Below are positions 62,082 to 64,000 of a stretch of 64,000 bases of DNA, piece by piece. The notes below the pieces were generated by a model. It had not been told where the DNA came from and made no database searches. It saw only the letters and a list, made by a program, of their open reading frames with translations. Source of the stretch: Endomicrobiales bacterium (lineage in GTDB: Bacteria; Elusimicrobiota; Endomicrobiia; Endomicrobiales; CAWCFT01). The stretch is taken from positions 320,001 through 384,000 of the forward strand of contig CAWCFT010000001.1 in the NCBI GenBank assembly GCA_963794945.1, given 5' to 3'. The first letter of the stretch is position 1, and every line of letters begins with the position of its first letter. The translations under genes and the position numbers were made by a program.

Positions 62082-63539
62082 ATGATAGAAATCTCTGAAC
62101 AGATAAAGGCATATCTTCCGGATGGGAATTTTGAGCTTCTTGAAAAAGCTTATGAGTTCTCAAAAAATGCCCACGCCGGCCAAAAGCGCGTTTCGGGCGA
62201 GGAATATTTCACGCACTGCGTCGCGGTCGCTTCGATCCTTACCGAACTCAAACTTGACATTGAGACCATCTCCGCGGCGCTCCTCCACGACGTCCTTGAA
62301 GACACTACCGTCAAAAGCAGCGAGCTACTTAACGCTTTCGGGCCAGAAATAACCGCCCTTGTCGAAGGAGTGACTAAGATCAGCTCCTACCATTTTGATA
62401 ACCAGGAAGTGGCTCAGGCTGAGAACTGGCGAAAGATGCTGCTTGCCGTGACCAGAGACATACGCGTAATACTGATAAAATTCGCTGACCGGCTTCACAA
62501 CCTGCGCACCATAAAATACCTGCCAAAAGAAAAACAGGAAAAGATCGCCAACGAATCCCTTTATCTCTACGCACCTTTCGCACAGAGGCTTGGGATATAC
62601 AGGTGGAAAAGCGAGTTTGAGGACCTTTCATTTGAGGTCTTAAATTCAACCGAACACGCCGTTCTGCTGGCAAAATGGACCGACCTCCAGAACAAGAGCA
62701 ACAAGACCGTAGACAACTGGAAGTCCAGCCTCCTCGACAAGCTGGCCCCGTATAATATACCGATGAGGATATCGGCCCGCCCGAAAAGCCTTTACGGCGT
62801 TTATAAAAAAATGGAAAGGCAGCACAAGGATTTTTCGGAGATACAGGACCTTCTGGGCTTGAGGCTCATCACGGACAACGTTGAAGATTGTTACGCTCTC
62901 CTGGGCCTCGTGCACACGCTTTTTAAACCGGTGCCGGATTCTTTTACCGATTACATCAGCCTTCCAAAGATAAATATGTACCAGTCGCTGCACACCTCCA
63001 TTTACGACGATAAAGGAAACATCGCGGAGATACAGATAAGGACCGAGGAGATGCACAAGCGTTCGGAGTACGGCATTGCTGCCCACTGGCGCTACAAGGA
63101 AGGTTCAAAAAAAGCGGGTTCCGAAGAGATAGAGGGCAAACTTGACTGGCTAAAAGAAGTGCTGGAGTGGCAGAGCGACGTAAAGGACCCGAAAGAGTTC
63201 CTTAACGCACTTAAAAGCGAGTGCAGGTTCGAGCAGGTCTTTGTTTTTACTCCGAAAGGAAAGGTTATAAAGCTGGCCGGCGGCGCGACACCGGTGGATT
63301 TCGCTTACGCCGTGCATTCCGACATCGGGAACCACATCTACGGCGCGAAGATCGGCGGAAAGCTTGTACCGCTTACTTATCAGCTAAAAAGCGGGCAAGT
63401 GTGCGATATACTAACAAGGAAGAGTTCCAAGCCGACTAAGGATTGGCTCGATTTCGCCATAACTGCGCGGGCGCGGTCAAAGATAAGGAAACACTTAAGG
63501 GCAGAAGATGAAAAAAAGGGACAGAAGTTAATTCCTTAA
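62082..63539 (+). CDS. rel: RelA/SpoT (p)ppGpp synthetase/hydrolase lacking the ZFD and ACT domains
   Basis: HAGQKRVSGEEY, LLHDVLED (hydrolase), ADRLHN, RPKS, YQSLHT, EIQIRT, AAHWRYK, TGS (FTPKG...DFAYAVH). Ends shortly after ARSKIR. Confidence 0.9.
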   Translation: MIEISEQIKAYLPDGNFELLEKAYEFSKNAHAGQKRVSGEEYFTHCVAVASILTELKLDIETISAALLHDVLEDTTVKSSELLNAFGPEITALVEGVTKISSYHFDNQEVAQAENWRKMLLAVTRDIRVILIKFADRLHNLRTIKYLPKEKQEKIANESLYLYAPFAQRLGIYRWKSEFEDLSFEVLNSTEHAVLLAKWTDLQNKSNKTVDNWKSSLLDKLAPYNIPMRISARPKSLYGVYKKMERQHKDFSEIQDLLGLRLITDNVEDCYALLGLVHTLFKPVPDSFTDYISLPKINMYQSLHTSIYDDKGNIAEIQIRTEEMHKRSEYGIAAHWRYKEGSKKAGSEEIEGKLDWLKEVLEWQSDVKDPKEFLNALKSECRFEQVFVFTPKGKVIKLAGGATPVDFAYAVHSDIGNHIYGAKIGGKLVPLTYQLKSGQVCDILTRKSSKPTKDWLDFAITARARSKIRKHLRAEDEKKGQKLIP

Positions 63540-63553
63540 CACCTGTCCCTTTT
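63514..63553. terminator. Bidirectional terminator-like hairpin between convergent rel and rpmB
   Basis: aaaagggacag ... ctgtccctttt. Confidence 0.6.
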
Positions 63554-63568
63554 CACTTTATAAAATAT

Positions 63569-63760
63569 TTAGGCGGGTTTTACTACTTTTCCCGAGCGGA
63601 TACAATCTGTGCAAACTAATTTCTTGCAGGTTTTTCCGTTAAGAACCATTTTCTGGAGTCTCAGGTTCGGCTTGAACGTACGGATAGTTTTCCTGTGAGA
63701 GTGGCTGATCGTCTTTCCTTTTACCGGTTTTTTGCCGCAAATTACGCACTTAAATGACAT
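63569..63760 (-). CDS. rpmB: 50S ribosomal protein L28 (Zn-binding type)
   Basis: CVICGK...SHSHRKTIRTFKPNL...VCTDCIRSG; GGAGG RBS. Confidence 0.95.
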   Translation of the reverse strand: MSFKCVICGKKPVKGKTISHSHRKTIRTFKPNLRLQKMVLNGKTCKKLVCTDCIRSGKVVKPA

Positions 63761-63827
63761 ATTAATGGCCTCCGAACTGTGTTGTATTGAAGTGAAAATA
63801 TACCATATTTCAGATAAAAAAGCAAAT

Positions 63828-63860
63828 TGACAGCGTTGAAAGGCTCTTTCAACGCTGTCA
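63828..63860. repeat. Perfect 15-bp inverted repeat
   Basis: TGACAGCGTTGAAAG-gct-CTTTCAACGCTGTCA. Confidence 0.8.
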
Positions 63861-63944
63861 TCCCGATCCGCCGGAGGCGGAGAGGGATCTGATGTCCGAC
63901 GAAAGACAAGATTTCTCTCCCGCTTTGGCGGGATCGAAGTGACA
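63856..63944. repeat. REP-like element TGTCATCCCGA...GGGATCT...AGATTTCTC...TCGAAGTGACA with nested CCGCC palindromes
   Basis: Imperfect terminal inverted repeats; internal TCCGCC-GGA-GGCGGA (63867-63881) and TCCCGC-TTTG-GCGGGA (63918-63933). Confidence 0.7.
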
Positions 63945-64000
63945 AAATGGCTGGTCGCTAAACAAAATATTTCAAAAACAGGACCTCATGCTTCAAGACA

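Noticed and set aside
16..63945. Numerous antisense and overlapping ORFs in the six-frame track (e.g. 16..777, 45491..46159, 54679..55440, 63742..63945)
   Set aside because: They shadow well-supported genes or repeats and show no recognisable motifs.

Overview
This is a 64-kb chromosomal window from a diderm bacterium, probably Elusimicrobiota. That assignment is inferred from the S20 N-terminus MAKLKTGRHTSALK and the gene order, not from a database search. Most of it is housekeeping: dxs, tlyA, leuS, lptE, holA, rpsT, murJ, uvrC, secA, lnt, prfB, lysS, lolCD, ilvE, clpC, tamB-bamA-skp, an lpxD/C-fabZ/A/I-gnnB-gnnA-lpxB-msbA operon, a C-terminally short rel and rpmB. About 20 single-base frameshifts in essential genes look like sequencing or assembly indels. 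Two things stand out. (1) An accessory region at 11.5-25.4 kb carries a type II PKS/FAS-like module: a catalytically dead KS (CLF-like), an active KS, ACP, KR, DH, a FadL-type channel, an FAD oxidoreductase and a thioester-reductase-like SDR. It is directly coupled to a membrane histidine kinase, a response regulator and an HD-GYP protein, making it a candidate lipid/polyene signal synthesis-and-sensing system. (2) A dense, modular set of intergenic hairpin elements: seven heptamer-repeat hairpins, GATTAC-type arms that occur both empty and wrapped around a GxxExxY nuclease-family gene, a REP-like element, and a shared CGCC-N2-4-GGCG mini-palindrome nested in several of these unrelated element families.
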